From: Vairimorpha necatrix
Lineage: Eukaryota
Assembly: GCA_036630325.1 (NCBI GenBank)
Contig: CP142735.1
Coordinates: forward strand, 124,001-188,000
Direction of reading: 5' to 3'
DNA: 64,000 nucleotides
In this document: in pieces, positions 1 to 14,324 of the stretch
How positions within the stretch are numbered: position 1 is the stretch's first letter
How the letters are laid out: each line of letters begins with the position of its first letter
Position numbers and translations under genes: made by a program
Notes under the pieces: model-generated
Told to the model about the DNA's origin: nothing
What the model saw: the letters and a program-made list of their open reading frames with translations, nothing else
The model's database searches: none

Positions 1-2069
1 AATGGTCTTAGATAATGGGAACCGCGAAACTTCAAGCTTTACTATGAATTCCATTTTTCAATGTGTTATATACAATACATCAAAACTTTTTATGATTTTT
101 TTATATTATCTATTTGTTTATCTTTAGTTGTCAAGTCTTTATATGCAGTTGATTTCAAAATCATTAAATGTCATCTAAGAACGCCATATTATTACAGTAA
201 ACGATTTGTCATGGAAAAATAATTATCAATATAGTTTCACTTTCAATTTTATTTAGATTGTAGACACAAATAAAATTCGAGAATTAATTTATTAGCTTAG
301 ATATTGGTTTGAATTGTTGATACAATGATTTTTAAACTATAATTGACAAAATAATACTTTTTTATCTTGTATGTTACTACAAAGATTGTTATACAAATTG
401 TTGAACCATTGGAATATTTTATATTGCAATTTATGTACAGTTTTACGAAATTAATATTAATTATCCTGGCCTAAATTCAGGTAATTGAAGATATATGATG
501 TAATTATAAAGGAGGGAAATACTATGTCCTCCGTTATATTTTATAAATATCGATTAGATATTTTATGAATCAATTATGAAAATCAATGAGATTGAAAAAG
601 CTATATATTACAAAAGTGAATACCCTTAATAATTCAAACCGATCAGGCATGAATAAACATGTGGTAATGAAATCGTGATGCATCGTATATTATAAAAATA
701 GGTATTCTCTAACGTCTGCATAATTACAAATGTAAATATATATTTTTTGTAGGCAAACATTTCTAAAATAAATATTTTTATTTTTATTGAAATTTGTTTT
801 CAATTATTTGCATTTTTTAGAATTACAAATTTATATTTTTTTTATCTATTAGACATATCCAAGTTCGGGCTTATTTATTTATTAATATAATTAGGATAAT
901 AATCCATAAAATTATTGATTCTAAACATTCAATCATCTTTTTAATTTAGTTCTGATGCTTATTATAATTCTATTTATTTGATAATTTATAAAAAAACTTT
1001 TTTAATTTTGAGATTGAAATTTTTTATTTATAAATGATGTTATTGATAGCGGTTTTTAATCATTTATTGTACACTACACTTAGACCATTTAAAAATCGGA
1101 TTAAAAATAAAAAAAGTTTTAGTAAAAACAGAGAACTTATATAAATATTATTCTTAATATTGTCAATGAACTCAAAAAAAATATGGATTATTGTTAATGT
1201 TTATAATTTTATATAAAAAATGACTTCTTCTTTTGTTTACAACTTAATAAAGCATCAATTGTTCTAATTACTGTTCTGCAAAAAAAAATTACAACATGCG
1301 AGAAAATTTTATAACACAATTTTGAATCATAATAGATGACAATAAATAAAAAAACAACCATCTAATAAATTACTTGTTTAATTAAAAAGCATCTTTAATT
1401 TTTTTTTAATTTATGATGTATTATTTCGGGTTGCATAATTTTGTTGGAGAAAAATCAATTTGTTATTTGTTGAAAGCTTTGCCTTTCCTCTCGCAAAAAT
1501 ATGTGTACAATGTATAAAAAAAAAACTTAGTTGTAAAAAATAATAAATTGATTTAAAGTAAGATAAATTTTGCAGTAAATTTTCATTTTTATGTATATTT
1601 TTGTTAATGCAAATTCGCATAATATTATATATCTGAAATAGATCCCATAATATTATTTGACTATATTTTATTTTTTAATTTTGAAGCACATATTTAGCAC
1701 AAAAAAAATAATTTATTAATTTGAATTTCTAGATTTAGGGGAGAAAAAAAATATCTGCGGGTTAAATATGTATAAAAAGGAGAAAAGTACATTAGATTTG
1801 CACACGTCAGATAAAATCCCTTATGATAAAATAATTTATTAATTTATGTGACGGTAGACAAACTCATCCAATTTTTTTTACGTATGTGTTAAGTATTTTA
1901 AATAAAAGATTTTATTGGTTATTTAAAGTTCAAACCTTACTCATTGCAAACCAGAAAAATTTTATAAATTAAATATATATAAGTACTATCGATTTTTATA
2001 GAATAATTAATCGTAAGGTTTATTTTTTTATTGAATTTGTCTATTTAAACTCAAAATTCTCTTAGGGGT

Positions 2070-2558
2070 ATGAACTTTTTAAAATCGCAAACCATAGACA
2101 ATTACGCCAAACCAAAGCTATGCGCTTTGATAGTTTTATTAACTATCCAACTATTGATTACTATCAACGTTTACTTATTAATAATCAGTGTTTGTATTTT
2201 AATATGGATAACAAAATACAAATTATTCTGTTTTATTATGATAGCACTAGTATACAGTTTTAAATATGATTTGTTATTCATCAGTCCAAATAAACCATTT
2301 GGTAAGAGGGATAACTACAAAGTCAATTATGAAGAAGAATTGAATTTATTTGATCAAAGAAATGTAGAAAACAAAAATGCGTTAGATACTATAGACGGAA
2401 GTACTGCCATTGGATCGCCAATAGTAGTTAAAAATATTAGAGCTAAAAAACGATATCATTTAAATTTGATATTTGATGGTGAAGATGATTCAACTATTAT
2501 AGGTCATAATGGAGAGTACGTATATACTGAAGAAACTACAACTTCGGTAAAACAATAA
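2070..2558 (+). CDS. Hypothetical membrane protein (162 aa)
   Basis: ORF with two hydrophobic N-terminal segments; GGGG just upstream of ATG matches the microsporidian CCC/GGG start signal; no recognisable domain. Confidence 0.6.
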   Translation: MNFLKSQTIDNYAKPKLCALIVLLTIQLLITINVYLLIISVCILIWITKYKLFCFIMIALVYSFKYDLLFISPNKPFGKRDNYKVNYEEELNLFDQRNVENKNALDTIDGSTAIGSPIVVKNIRAKKRYHLNLIFDGEDDSTIIGHNGEYVYTEETTTSVKQ

Positions 2559-2667
2559 AATAAAGATATTAGTAGCAAAAAGAATTTTTTTTATTTGTTC
2601 AAAATTAATATATAACCATACTCTTGTTTTATTTTACTTTTTATTCTTATCTTTCCATATAATAGTT

Positions 2668-3375
2668 GGTACATGGCCGTTTGGAACCCGCTTTAGGAAA
2701 ATGAACCCGCACTGGGGAAAATAAACCCGCATTGAAATTTTAAGGAACCCCCCTTTAAAAAAATGGCAAAATTGGCAAAAACAATGTTTGTTGAGGCAGA
2801 TGAGGTTTTTGGTGATGTAATGTATTTATACGTGGAATATAAAGAAAAGTTTATTTTGGAAACATTTGATGCTGAATCAGTGCGCCTTGCTCGTTTCTGT
2901 AACTAGTAGAATACTGCTTTTTCCTTGAGGTGATACAAGAAAATGTATAACCTGTTTCTATATGATCTCTAATCAATGGGTAGCATATGATGTCACATTA
3001 GCTAAGCAAAGGGATGGAGCACAGTAATAAGAATCACTTTATAAATGCCGTAACCTCTAGCGATTCTGAGTCATAATATTATATAATTTAGTTGGTTTCG
3101 GCTCATTCCTATAAGAGATATTTGATCTTAACATAAACAAAGAAGAACACTATGAGTACCTTTTACAGTTTCACTAGGCTTTTCAAATTCCCAAAAATTA
3201 ACGGATAAATTGTCTTCTGTCATTATTTAAAATAAATCATCAAGTCCTTTTTTTATAACTTTTTTTATTTTTCCCTTTTTTTGAATTTTTCAAAGCGGGT
3301 TTATTATCCCAAAGCGGGTTCATTTTCCCAATGCGGGTTCATTTTCACAAAGCGGGTTCCAAACGGTCATGTACC
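2668..3375 (+). mobile_element. Non-autonomous (internally deleted) Merlin-type DNA transposon, copy 1
   Basis: TIRs GGTACATGGCCGTTTGGAACCCGCTTT / AAAGCGGGTTCCAAACGGTCATGTACC; ~20-bp subterminal AACCCGC repeats; near-perfect 8-bp TSD TAATAGTT/TAATATTT; internal transposase remnants (FVEADE, WVAY). Confidence 0.85.
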
Positions 3376-6300
3376 TAATATTTGAATCTAGAAAGAAAAT
3401 CAACTGAATTACCAAAGTAGTACTAACAAGGATGATTTTTAATATAAATGCGACTTTATCAATATTTATGATTCTTATTTATAAAAGAATAGTTTCATTA
3501 TAACGTTAGTAAACTGTTTTTATGATTATATATAAGTAGTATTTTGTTTTTTTGAATATAAATTTTATAATCATGAGTTCTGTTTTTAGTCAGTATCTAG
3601 ATTAACAACATTTCGTGCAATATATAATACTTTTTTAAAATTACAACAATTTTCGCTTTTTAATAGCATTTACACAATGTATTGTTACTAAATAAACCTC
3701 TTTTGACATTATATATTTTTTAGTGTCCAAAAAAAAAATATTTTTGTATAAAAAAATACAAAAATCTAAAATAAACATATTTGCTGAAAACAAAATCGAC
3801 TTGTTGATTTATCAACAATATATACAAGCGGGCGTTGTGCAAGGATGAAAAAATTTGCTATATATTTGTTATACATTGTTTCTTTTACAGCAAATATGAG
3901 AGAATAAAATGTTTTATTGCCAAAAAATCATTCTAAGAATAAAAATTATAAAAACAAAAAAAGAAGATTTCCTAATAATATTAAATTTGATTTTTTTGAT
4001 ATTGCTGCTTTTTGCAATGGTTATAAGTTATATATATATATATAATATAAACGAATCAGCATGTTAAAATATATTGGAAATTTGGATTTTGCACTAATTT
4101 AATGTACAAGTAGGTAATATTATAAAAGAATAGAGGCCATTTATAATGCTCGAATTTATTGCATATTAAGATAGGAATGTTGAATTTGCTTTAAAACATA
4201 ATAAATTGATTGAAATAATTAAATAGTTCTTGTTAAAATTTAACGAAAAAATTAAGATAAATGTTTTTGCAATGGTCTTTTTATGGCTTCTATTGTGCCA
4301 AACATTCTAAAATTCTATATTAACATAATATACAAATTAATTGAGATATATAGATCTAATTTGCTTTTAGTTGGCGAATGAAATTATACAAGATGTTTAG
4401 TTTTACATCTATATCATGTAAAAGTTAAATCCATAGGTTGTTGATTATACAAGAACAATATAATAAAATAATTATAAATGGAAGTGGTCATTTATATTAA
4501 TATTTCGAATAATCAAAGACGAAAATATTTGTTTTTAAGTTTATAGACTTGATCAAAAACTCTCAAATTGTAATTTCAATATAAACGCATGAGATAATTT
4601 TCAGAAAAAATGTGTGCAACTTATAGACACAATTATACAATAGTGATATAAATAATGATCTCAATCCAATTTAGATCAAATATATGCATAGTTTTTTTTT
4701 TTTGAAAACTTTGTACTTATATTAAGATTGATAAAATATCCTAAAAAATACATTTTAGTTAACTTAAAATAAAAATATACTAGTATATAGAAAATTTTGT
4801 TTAGCTTAAAAAGCGTGTACAGATCTTATGGAAACAAAGAATAATTAATTTTTTTTTTAATTATTGGTAAATCGCATATCGTATGCAAAAAAACACTATT
4901 TTTCTTAATTTTTAATTGAAATTATAAAAAACAGCTATGATTAAGATTTATAAATAAAAACCTATATGTACATATATTTAAATTTTATATCTTTATAATA
5001 ACTTAAATTGTAAATCTTAAGCACATACATTTTAAACTTATGACACAGTATCGAGGTTTACGTGAAAATATATGATTAAAAAAGACCATCAATTTTTTAA
5101 CAACAATAAGAAATTATATAAAGAAGCATCACCATTCGATTACAATATTTAAGTAGTTAAAAACGTGCAAATCTCCGATACTCACATTCTGTTGATCCAA
5201 GGTAAGAGTAAACAAATGGGTTAGCTTAGAAAGAGTTTTACAGGGTTTACATAAAACGAAATAAAGGCCGAGTTATTATAATATACAAACGAACAAAAAA
5301 GATTTTATGCTCTAATATCGTGCTAAGTAATACAAAATTTACAAAAAAAATTCGGTTTAGTTTATAATAATCTTTTGATCTTGATGATATATTAAAATTA
5401 TTTAAAAATTAAATTGTAAAATAACAGATGAAACAATTTAAACGTCAAAAGTATTGAACTAATATTACATTCATCTAATAATAAATACTAATTTAAGATT
5501 ATATACCACATATGTAAATGCATAAATTGATATTAGAATATATTTAACATAAAGAAACGTACTTAAAGTACGTCGTGGGCACAAAATATCTAGCCAACCA
5601 TATCTCGAGAATAAATTGGTTTAATTAAGCACTAAATTTATTTCAACCCACTGTACAGTATCAACAGAATGAAGAGCCAACTGAAGGCCAGCATAAATAT
5701 TCCTTTAGAAAATTAATCATCATATCTACAATATACAAAAAAAACTTAAACATCAAAAAATGTAATATTTTGTTTAATTTCTTGATTGTATGGGAATTAT
5801 AAATAAAATTTTTTTTGCTAATATTAAATTGTTTGATTGTTGATTAAATATATGTTAGTATTATAAATTTTCCTTCCCCTTACGATGGTTTCAATAATAA
5901 CTCGATTTCTTATTATTCAGATGGTCAAATCCCGCTTAGAATTCATATTTGAGAATACAAACGAAGCTAATATACTAGAAAATCTACTCAAAAATCTTTC
6001 GTCAAATTGTCCACATAAATATAATAATGAAAGGATTATAACTTACAACATGTTAATTTGGAAATCTTAAACAATTTGCAAAAATGAGGGGGATCAAGCT
6101 GTAACGATTGATATTTACTTTAATATATGCCAAAAATGCATCTGATTCCAGAGAAGTAGAACATACTGTTACTACTCGAAAATATTTTCGTTTTTAAAAA
6201 ATATTTATAAACAATAAATCTATGTTTCGTGAAAAAGTATTGGAAATAACTTGCTTCTTTATGGCTATTAAAACCAAAGAATTGATTTGTACATTAGAAA

Positions 6301-8380
6301 AAATAAAACGGAGATAGTTATCCTCCAAGTATGGCTATTAATCTTTATATTAGATCATCTATTGATTTAATTTAGTGCCAATTGTACATTATATGTTTCA
6401 GGTGTATTTGATTAAGAGAAATATAAAAAATATTTAATGTTGCAAAGCATCATAAAAAATATACAATTATTTCGAATCAAATACAGAGCTAAAAAGTTCC
6501 TTAAAAAAAATTAACATATTACGAATCTTAGAAAAATCCTTTACAACCACTAATAATCCCAAGCAGAGCAATTTTACTTATTTATATACTTCGAATTTGT
6601 CAAATTCATCGAAAATTAAATACCAAAATTAATTTAACAATTTTTACAATTAAAAAAATTTTATTTATGTTATACATTTTTATATTTTAAAATAAATCGC
6701 GGGGAAAACATGTTTTAATTGTGTATGTGTCTATTTCTGATTTATAAATTATTAAATTACTATGTAGAGGTAAATCTTCTGCTTTTTATCAAATATCACA
6801 ATACATGAAATTTTAAGATGCGACATAAATTGACGATGAATTCGTTAAAGAAAAAATTAGTGTAAATGGCGTTAAATGATAAGTCTTGAATAAGAATCTT
6901 TAAAATAATATCTTTCACGTCCGGATGATAAATAACATAATTTTGGAGGGTACAAATTTTTATGTCAAATAAGCAGATGTATAACTACATCATATATTAA
7001 AATGAATACTTCTAAGGATAAAATTTCCTATTATATTTTATTTCCATTGGGTCTACGTCTCCTAGGCATACAACAAGTTATTAAATCAATTGTTACTATC
7101 TCTTTACTAGTTTATCAATATAGTATTGTAGGTGAAGTTTTGCAAATAAACATAAATTTCTGTAATCATTATACTTCACAACAACTAGATTTTAATTGTA
7201 AATTTCTAAATTTATAGGAAAAATTGTAGGATGTAAATTTGAGACTTAAATGTATGAGTGATGTGAATATAATTTTGCGAAAAATAATCTTCATGCATTT
7301 TGCTAATATATAAATTTCGAAAAACGCAAATAAATTCATTTTATAGGTTAAAATTAGTCTTTTTCATTTAGCATATCTACATGTAAATTTTTTGTAAAGT
7401 TCCTCAAATTGACTACATTGCGCCAGGGTAAAACTTTCATCTTGGTAAAATTGTCATAATTAATACGTATAATCATAATATTCTCATTGGATGAGGTTTA
7501 AGATATAAACCATAAAATATATATATATATATTATCATTTAGTTTTAATATTATATTTTATTCAAATTTTGCAGAGATGAAACTATAATTATTCATAGCA
7601 TTCATATTGTAACAATTTTTTCTTGACAAAAATTATTAAATAAAAAATAAAAAAAAAGATCCATATCGATTAAGTGATTATAAAATGATAGAGAAAGGTG
7701 AATTACTAACTTAGGGTATGGGATGTAATTATATAGCTCTGTATATTAACACTCGGAAACATTTTATTAAAACAAAAAAACTCATTTCATTGTACCATCA
7801 TCTAAAATGATCAAATATCTTATTCCCTGTAAGGTGAAAAATATTTATATAAATTATGAAATATTATTAATCCTTATCACAAAACAACTTACTATTAATG
7901 AATATATTGACATACCGAAAAAAATGTATAAATGTTTAGAAACATTAATGAGAATTCAATAAACTATTATAAATAATTTTTTTTTACAATGAAGATAAAA
8001 CATTGCTTTTTTTCATTGTGTTTTTGATAACCCTAGGATGTAGTTTCTAAATAATACTACATTTATAATTTATATGAAAGATACATTAGTTACATCTTTT
8101 ATGCTATAGTGTGTTTGCTAAAAGAAATTATTTTATTTTATCAATAGTTCGATTATATACTTATTTTCGATATATTCTTAAAATTGGAATAGATTAACTG
8201 ATTAATTAAATTTTACCGCGTCGATCAGATATTCATAAATCATATTTTATTAATATAAAGTCCTTATGCTTTTGCCAACAAATATTATCCCTTTAAAAAT
8301 TATTTCTTCATTTATATAAGAATTTAGTAAAAATTGTTAATTTAAATTATTAAAAAAGTATGATTTTTACTGACCCTTAA

Positions 8381-9157
8381 ATGTTCGCTATTTTTTTATT
8401 ATGTCTTAGTGTTCAACTTTCACGGTCTATACCAGAAAATAAGCGGGGAACTAAAGACTTTTTAGGGAAAGTTTCACTAGATTCTTTAGATAATTGTCCT
8501 TGGGTATTAAAAAATAATATTGATATGAATTTCATTATAAAAGATAGGAAAAAATTCAAAAGGGTTGCGGGAGAAATATTTGAAGAAATAGTTAGGTCTT
8601 TTGATTTTTTTTCATTAGTTTTAGACATTTTTGGACCTATAATACTCGATACCAAATCAAAATATTTTTCGATATATTATAATTCATTAGTAAACCAACA
8701 TAGCTATAAATTACATATCAGAAGATTTAATTCTTTGCAAAAATTAGTAGCTTCGTTGGGACTACAGACTAGAGATCTAGTCCATGCATTTGTAGGCATA
8801 AATTGGAGAAAGAGCTTGTTTTCAAAAAAAGATATGTTTCTCCTGATGAATTATGCCATTGATATTAAGGTGAATAAAGATTGTAAATGGAAAATAGAGC
8901 AAGTGTTTAATCCTGAAAAGTATGAAAAACTTCTTGATGTAGCTAAACAGTCGAAACATTACTGGATTCTAACTTATCCTGGAGAGGAAATAAGAGCTTT
9001 AAAGAGAGGCGAGAAAATTAATATGAGAAATACCAGGTCAATTCTTATACCAACCAAAGAAACATTTGATACAAATTCGATCTTCTCAAATTTTCTTAAT
9101 CTTAATATTTCTAATATTTCAAGGCCTTCTAATACGAGTAGTTATATTGGTAATTAA
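8381..9157 (+). CDS. Putative secreted protein, lineage-specific family paralog 1 (258 aa)
   Basis: Signal-peptide-like N-terminus; CCCTTAA before ATG; shares QTRxL..INW.KS.FS..D...IDxK...C.W...QxFNP with 11311 and a looser version with 54543. Confidence 0.85.
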   Translation: MFAIFLLCLSVQLSRSIPENKRGTKDFLGKVSLDSLDNCPWVLKNNIDMNFIIKDRKKFKRVAGEIFEEIVRSFDFFSLVLDIFGPIILDTKSKYFSIYYNSLVNQHSYKLHIRRFNSLQKLVASLGLQTRDLVHAFVGINWRKSLFSKKDMFLLMNYAIDIKVNKDCKWKIEQVFNPEKYEKLLDVAKQSKHYWILTYPGEEIRALKRGEKINMRNTRSILIPTKETFDTNSIFSNFLNLNISNISRPSNTSSYIGN

Positions 9158-11310
9158 AAAAAAACAAAAATTAATTTATGTTTATCTTACGTAATATTTT
9201 TAAATTATCTATATTTGTCATTGTTAAAAGTAATTTAATCTTTATAGACTCAAAAAAAAATTTTTGGCTTTGTTAGTCTTTTTTAATTGTATTATATTGG
9301 TATCAAATGTAAAACATACGCGTTGTTTATTATATGAAATTGTTTTTTCCTAAATAAAAAAATATAATATCTTGAGAAGGTCTTCGCTATAAAATAATTG
9401 TATATATTGTAGTTATTTTTAAAACAAGATATTTAACTAAAATATGTATGAAGGTATTTATGATCTAATTTTTATGCTAGAAAAATGATTCTTTTATCTA
9501 ATGATTTCCGCTTTTAATGAATATCAGGCAAGGTTTTTTAATACCTTTTTTACTGGCCAAATAACACATGAATGGTAGTATTTTTATAAATAGACCATTA
9601 TTGCATTTTTGAAACAAATAAAAAAATTTTAGTATTGAATATTAATGAGAATCTGACTTTTTGAGATTTTCAAAAACATTTATTTAGTTGAGTGTCTAAA
9701 ATATGCTCTGTATATTCTAAAAATGCTTTCGCAGAGAAATAATTAAAAAATACTTACTATTATAACACGATATATATTTTACAAAGCGATAGACGATTTA
9801 TAATTTCTAAAAAATTCAGGTTAAGGAAATATTCATAATGAAATTGACAACATAATCAATGTCAATATAATATTTTTTTTATTATTCTAATATCATCAAA
9901 CGCTTGACTGTAACAAAAAAACTATACGTAAAAAGATCGGTTGCAGAGATTAAATATAGTAAAAGTTTAAAATTATTAAATTATTTATTTTTTGTAATAA
10001 AATACCATGAAATAAAAAAAGTAGGAATTTATGGTATTTCTTAGAGGTTTTTATATTACTAACATATACACATGAGTTGATTCTTATTATTTCATAGTTT
10101 TGGTTTTACCAGGAAATGTAAATCATTTTTTGACCTTAAAGTCTAGTGTTTCTGTTATGTAATATATAACACCTTAGGGGGGAACTTGTTTATTAAATTA
10201 AAACTTTTAAGCTTTATTATTCGGAAATTTGAGTGCTAGGTAAAATTTCGTGAAGAAACAAGTTTTCGTGGGTTGTTTCAGATGTAATAAGAAAAAAAAC
10301 CCTGTGTTTATTAAAAATTGTTAAGTCAGAGAAGCAACATAAATTTTTATCTGGCAAAATATCAATTTTCAAAAATGTTTCGCAAATAATAGCCAAGTCA
10401 TGGTTTAGTTACACTTACCCTGCAACGTTTAACAAGTTTCTGTATTTTTGTTTTATTTTTGTTTTAGATTTCGTTTATCTGCAAGATCGCAGTTAAATGT
10501 AAATGTGTCCATGTCCCCCCCCACAAACACAACATCTTATAGTTCGCAAGCTAAATCAATGTTAGTATATTAAAATTTTGCGTCTTTTTTATCATTTAAT
10601 ATATTTTTAAAAAAAATGACAACTTATATCATTGTTGTTTTCATTTCTTATAACAAGAAAATATTATAATTTAGATTAAACATATTATGCAAGGCGAGGT
10701 AATTCAATAACTAACTTTTTTTTATCATTGAAAATTCTCTATTAGGGTGAAAACAAAAAATATAATCTAACCAGTACTTAAAGTGTATTGATAGCTAAAT
10801 TAATCTCCCGTGGGAAATCTATTCTTTTATTTCAAAATATATATTTTTCATTTTAACTCTTAGTATTAATTTTAAAGCATTGTATTTCTATATTTAATTA
10901 ATCAAAATGATAAATTGAAATATTTGTATATGGTCTACGAACATAGAAATAAGTAACAAATTTACAGAAACACACTATTCACTCACAGGATAAAAAAATT
11001 GAAAACTTCGTTTTACATTATTCAAAATAGATAATTCCCCATGTGTAATCCAAATTGGGAAATTTTTTGTCTATTGTAAGGTGATAAAAATACAACTATA
11101 GGTTTAAATACTATTCTGATGTAGATTTATCATAAAGCACAATGACTATAAATTAAATCTTTTTATAAATTAGTATACAATAATGCCTTTTATGTTTGTC
11201 ATATTCAAATCTTAGGCTTATGAGCTTGTATATTTAAAAATGTAAATCTTTGATAAGAGATTTTATTAAAAACAGTCTTGATCTAATATAGTTAATATTA
11301 ACCCATAAAT

Positions 11311-12087
11311 ATGTTTTCTATACTTTTGTTGTATATTAGTTTTCAACTAATAAAAACAAGTTCAATATTTTTGCCGCGGCAATTAAAATCAACCGATGGA
11401 ACAAAACAAGAAGACGTAAAAAGCTGTCCTATATTTTTTTATAATGATTTTAATGAAAAATACACCAAGGCCAATATTGCAAAAGTCAAATATATAGCCA
11501 AAGAAGTTTTTTACGCAATAATTTTAAGCCAAAGCTTTTCCAACGTTTTTTATGATACTTTTAATCATAAAAAAGTTCCATATGATGAAATACGTTTCTC
11601 TAAATATTATCGAATTCTTATAAAAAGTAATGGCAAGAGAATGCATGTTTATAAACGTAAAATTTACAATAAAATAATACTTATTATGGCATTACAAACC
11701 AGAGAATTGGTTTATACATTAGCAAGAATAAATTGGGAAAAAAGTAAGTTTTCATTGCGTGATCTTCGTATGTTTCTGGAGCTAACTATTGATGTGAAAA
11801 TGGATAGAATGTGTAAATGGAATGTAATGCAAATATTCAATCCTTTGAAATTGAGAAAATTAATTTATATTGCAAAACGATATCAAGAGTATACCATGAC
11901 GTTTGGTCCCAAAAATGATTTTGTTATAAGACGCAGTCAAAAAGGTTATGAGTCAAGATATGTCAGGTCTTCTTTTATACCATTAGAAAATACCAATGAA
12001 TTTGATGTAATCTCTTCAACTTTTAAAAACCTGAATATTTCGGGCATTCCGACCCAACCTGCAAGTAATAATGTTGAAATTAATTAA
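11311..12087 (+). CDS. Putative secreted protein, family paralog 2 (258 aa)
   Basis: Signal-peptide-like N-terminus; CCCATAAAT before ATG; same length and motif as 8381. Confidence 0.85.
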   Translation: MFSILLLYISFQLIKTSSIFLPRQLKSTDGTKQEDVKSCPIFFYNDFNEKYTKANIAKVKYIAKEVFYAIILSQSFSNVFYDTFNHKKVPYDEIRFSKYYRILIKSNGKRMHVYKRKIYNKIILIMALQTRELVYTLARINWEKSKFSLRDLRMFLELTIDVKMDRMCKWNVMQIFNPLKLRKLIYIAKRYQEYTMTFGPKNDFVIRRSQKGYESRYVRSSFIPLENTNEFDVISSTFKNLNISGIPTQPASNNVEIN

Positions 12088-13124
12088 AAAAAGTAAATGT
12101 TTATATAACATTTATTCGGCTTTTTTCGAATGACGGAGTATTTTTTTATGTTGTTTTGCATGATGTAAAATACTAATATTGTTAAATTTAATAAAAGCTA
12201 TGGAATTTTAGAAGTTTTTTATTTATCAATATATGTAATAAATATTGTTTATTGTTCAAGTGGTCTTTGTTGTAACCATTGTGCAATTCGTTTGAGGAGA
12301 ATTAATTGACAAAATACAATATATCTTGTTTCATGTGTTCAAAATAAATTTTTTTAATTAAAGACTCCTACTAAAGATTTCTAACAGCTTTGATTTTTTT
12401 AAATAAAATAGGTTTGTAGTTAAATTATATTGTAAGAATTGCCGAATTTATTAGGATTGAATCATATTAATAAAACGATTATGTGTTTGTAAAAAATAAT
12501 TGTTATGTTTTACAAATTCATCGGTTCGTTTGAGCTTTTTGCATTAAATTCTGTAAATTCGATCTATGTAAATTTTTTATCTAATTTATTAAGATATTAA
12601 TTTTAAAGTGTTTTATTTTTGCGAGCCAAGTTCTAATAATGTAGTGTTTTAGTATATTGCCATTATATAATAAAACAATTATAATATGCACAGAAATATA
12701 TTATTATCTTACATTATGATTAATATTGCAAAGTACTAATCATCTATATGTGTATATAAACTACAGTGGAATTAACCAAATAGATTAATAGATATTAATT
12801 AAATTTCGTAAATATAAACATATGCTGATATTTATCATTATAAAAACATGCATTTTTTGCAATCCTAATTGCCGAAAAAAACTATAGAAGTTTTGAAGTA
12901 AGATTTTGAATAAAACTAACTGTTTTATGACATAATAGAACATCCATTCTGTATAAATGTATTATGTTAACTCATGTGTTCGTGTAAAATATTAATTCAA
13001 TTTAATAATTAAATTTTTTATTTTTTATAAATTAAAAAAGTATAGAATATTAAAAGTCATACAATACATAAAAAATTAATAAATTCCAACACATGTTGTT
13101 TCTAAATTTCATAAAATTTAAAAA

Positions 13125-13207
13125 CGACAACGGCTGGATTCGAACCAACGCAGGAACACGCCTAACGGATTTCAAATCCGTCGCCTTAACCACTCGGCCA
13201 CGTTGCC
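13125..13207 (-). tRNA. tRNA-Ser(TGA)
   Basis: Reverse complement folds as a cloverleaf: GGCAACG/CGTTGTC acceptor, TGGCCGAGTGGTTAAGGC D-arm, ACGGA-TTTGAAA-TCCGT anticodon arm, long variable arm, GTTCGAATC T-loop, G discriminator. Confidence 0.95.
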
Positions 13208-13555
13208 TCGCGGAATAAAATAACAATATATATTTTATTTCATGTGTGTTTAACAATGTTTAAAAAGATATTTTTGATATCTTTGATCCAATTAGTAAGT
13301 AATTCGACATGTTTACTTTTTATTTTGGATCATAAATATCTAAGAATGATTAAGATAGCTAACACTCTTTTGAAAATATAATTATTTTCATCAAATCATA
13401 ATTAATATTATAAAATACAAGAATAAGTTTGTTGTATCTCTCGATTACAAGAAGATCATATTTTCTAAGTAGATTATTTTTGACAAAGTTTAATTGAACA
13501 TTATAGCAAAAACAGATAATGCAAAAATAAATATTTTTCAATGAATTTCTTTAAT

Positions 13556-14209
13556 TTAAAGCTGTTTTTCAAGTTTCTTCATGTATTGACTTATTGGTCC
13601 TTTTTGTTTCAGTACTGCTACTGTGTTACCATTGGCTAGTAAACAACCTTCTTCTCTAAGTTTATTGAATTCTTCTGTATAAAGTCCAGTAAATCCAAAT
13701 TTACTGCTTACTTGTACTTCATATTTCCCAGGGAATTTATGTCTACTTCTTCTTAATGCTTCCATGGCTGCTGCTTCATTTCCTTTTTTAGTTCTAATGC
13801 TCATCACGATCTGGTCAAAAAAGATTCTGGCGACTCTGCCTTCTGGTTTTCCGAAACTCTGCCTCATACCGGTTTGAAGCCTGTCAGCTCCAGCACAACT
13901 CAACATTTTATTTATTCTTAAGACATGGAATGGGTAAACATTCACCCTCAAATGGAAATTGTCTCTTCCTGCTGTCTTCACCATGTAGTGGTGGGCGGCA
14001 ATTCTAGCCGCGTCTAAAGCTTGCTCAGAAATATTTTCTCTGGCGTGACTTATCAAATTAATGCAAATTGGGAAATCTAAGACTTCGGCTTTTCTTCTAC
14101 CAGAGTCCCAGATTTTGATTTTTAAATCTGGTACAGATTTACAAAATCTTGATTTGTGGTATGCTTTCTTGGAGAGATACCTGTAACATCTTCCTGGTCT
14201 TCTTGCCAT
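13556..14209 (-). CDS. RPL10: 60S ribosomal protein L10 (uL16)
   Basis: [10 protein letters not shown] start and [20 protein letters not shown] motif; CCCC before ATG. Confidence 0.98.
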
Positions 14210-14324
14210 TTTGGGGTAAAAAAAACTAAAAGAAAAAAAGCGAAAAAATATTGTGTAAAAAAGTCATTTTTATTTAGTATTGTTTACTGTTAAAATAAGC
14301 ACGTAGGTTATTTCTACTTTTTAA

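Noticed and set aside
13050..13256. 68-aa ORF
   Set aside because: Overlaps tRNA-Ser, TTG start, no protein features
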